A stretch of DNA of 64,000 nt from a virus (taxonomy: Duplodnaviria; Caudoviricetes), in IMG/VR virus record IMGVR_UViG_3300022752_000014; one strand, 5' to 3'. The translations under genes and the position numbers were made by a program. The notes beneath the pieces are model-generated. The model was not told the DNA's origin and searched no databases. It was given only the letters and a program-made list of their open reading frames with translations. Shown here one piece after another: positions 63,383 through 64,000 of the stretch (the stretch's first letter is position 1; each line of letters opens with the position of its first letter).

Positions 63383-64000
63383 ATGAAAAATATATCCATA
63401 TTTGCGGGTCATGATGCAAATATTACATTTGCAGATACTGAAAAGAACAAGTATCACGTAATAGAAATTGAGAGACTTGTTAAAAAAAGATATTTTAGAC
63501 TTCACGTTGATAATTCTTTTGAGGAGATTTTAAATATTCTTTTAGAATGCCAAAGAATTGCAAAGAAATCTTTTGGTATGGACGATGAATATGACGTTCT
63601 TACAATAGTCGCTGATGGAGGATTGATTCCCTATGAGATTTTAAAACAGGTCTTTCCTCATAAAAGAATAGAAACTTATGATCATCACTTATCACATGCT
63701 GCATCTACTTTCTATCAATCTTCATTTGAAGAGTCATTAATTATTTCATATGATGGTGGCGGGAATGATGGATTCTTTAATGTTTATCATGCAAACGAAA
63801 ATGGCGTTCATCCCATAGAAAGCATCAAATCTGATTTTGGTGGTGGATACTTGCTTCTTGCATCTTGTTGCACTGAGATTACAAAAAGTAGTCGGCATGA
63901 GTTATCTCTTGCTGGTAAATTGATGGGTCTTTGTGCTTATGGAAAAACAGATCAAAAACAAATTGATGTTATGAAGCATCTGTTTATTGATAAAAACTAT
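63383..64000 (+). CDS. Carbamoyltransferase (NodU/CmcH family), truncated by the window edge
   Basis: Read by hand: GHDAN, EIERL, DHHLSHAAS, YDGGG, AGKLMGLCAYG. Confidence 0.88.
   Translation, partial: MKNISIFAGHDANITFADTEKNKYHVIEIERLVKKRYFRLHVDNSFEEILNILLECQRIAKKSFGMDDEYDVLTIVADGGLIPYEILKQVFPHKRIETYDHHLSHAASTFYQSSFEESLIISYDGGGNDGFFNVYHANENGVHPIESIKSDFGGGYLLLASCCTEITKSSRHELSLAGKLMGLCAYGKTDQKQIDVMKHLFIDKNY

Overview
The window is a 64 kb segment of an AT-rich T4-like myovirus genome. Cyanobacterial-type genes (PTOX, NdhP-like, DUF2973-like) indicate a cyanophage. It is almost entirely + strand. In order it holds: tail/head morphogenesis (gp18-19-20-21-22-23-3); recombination and late transcription (uvsY, uvsW, gp55, gp47, gp46); a VWA/MoxR(CobS-like) pair; replication (gp45, gp44, dam, gp62, regA, hsp20, gp43, uvsX, gp41, mazG, gp61, nrdA, nrdB); a block of late-promoter hypothetical genes; a signal-peptide lysozyme; a tRNA/ncRNA/small-membrane-protein region (10 tRNAs in the window, dps, ptox); and the start of a nucleotide-sugar cluster that runs off the right end. 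Best leads: (1) two micro-ORFs missed by the ORF track, resembling NDH-1L subunits NdhQ and NdhP, are translationally coupled on either side of ptox; (2) several late genes start with a T4 internal-protein capsid-targeting-like peptide (MKTF/YxxFxxE), including a nucleotidyltransferase and a possible nuclease, suggesting injected cargo; (3) several structured RNAs (ROSE-like thermometer on hsp20, a k-turn hairpin, a T-loop multi-stem RNA, a threefold-repeated manA-like RNA, a lysozyme leader); (4) a shared dyad promoter motif on the VWA and MoxR genes, and repeated promoter/terminator cassettes flanking accessory genes. All calls come from reading the sequence and from recalled family motifs. 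No searches or folding programs were run.
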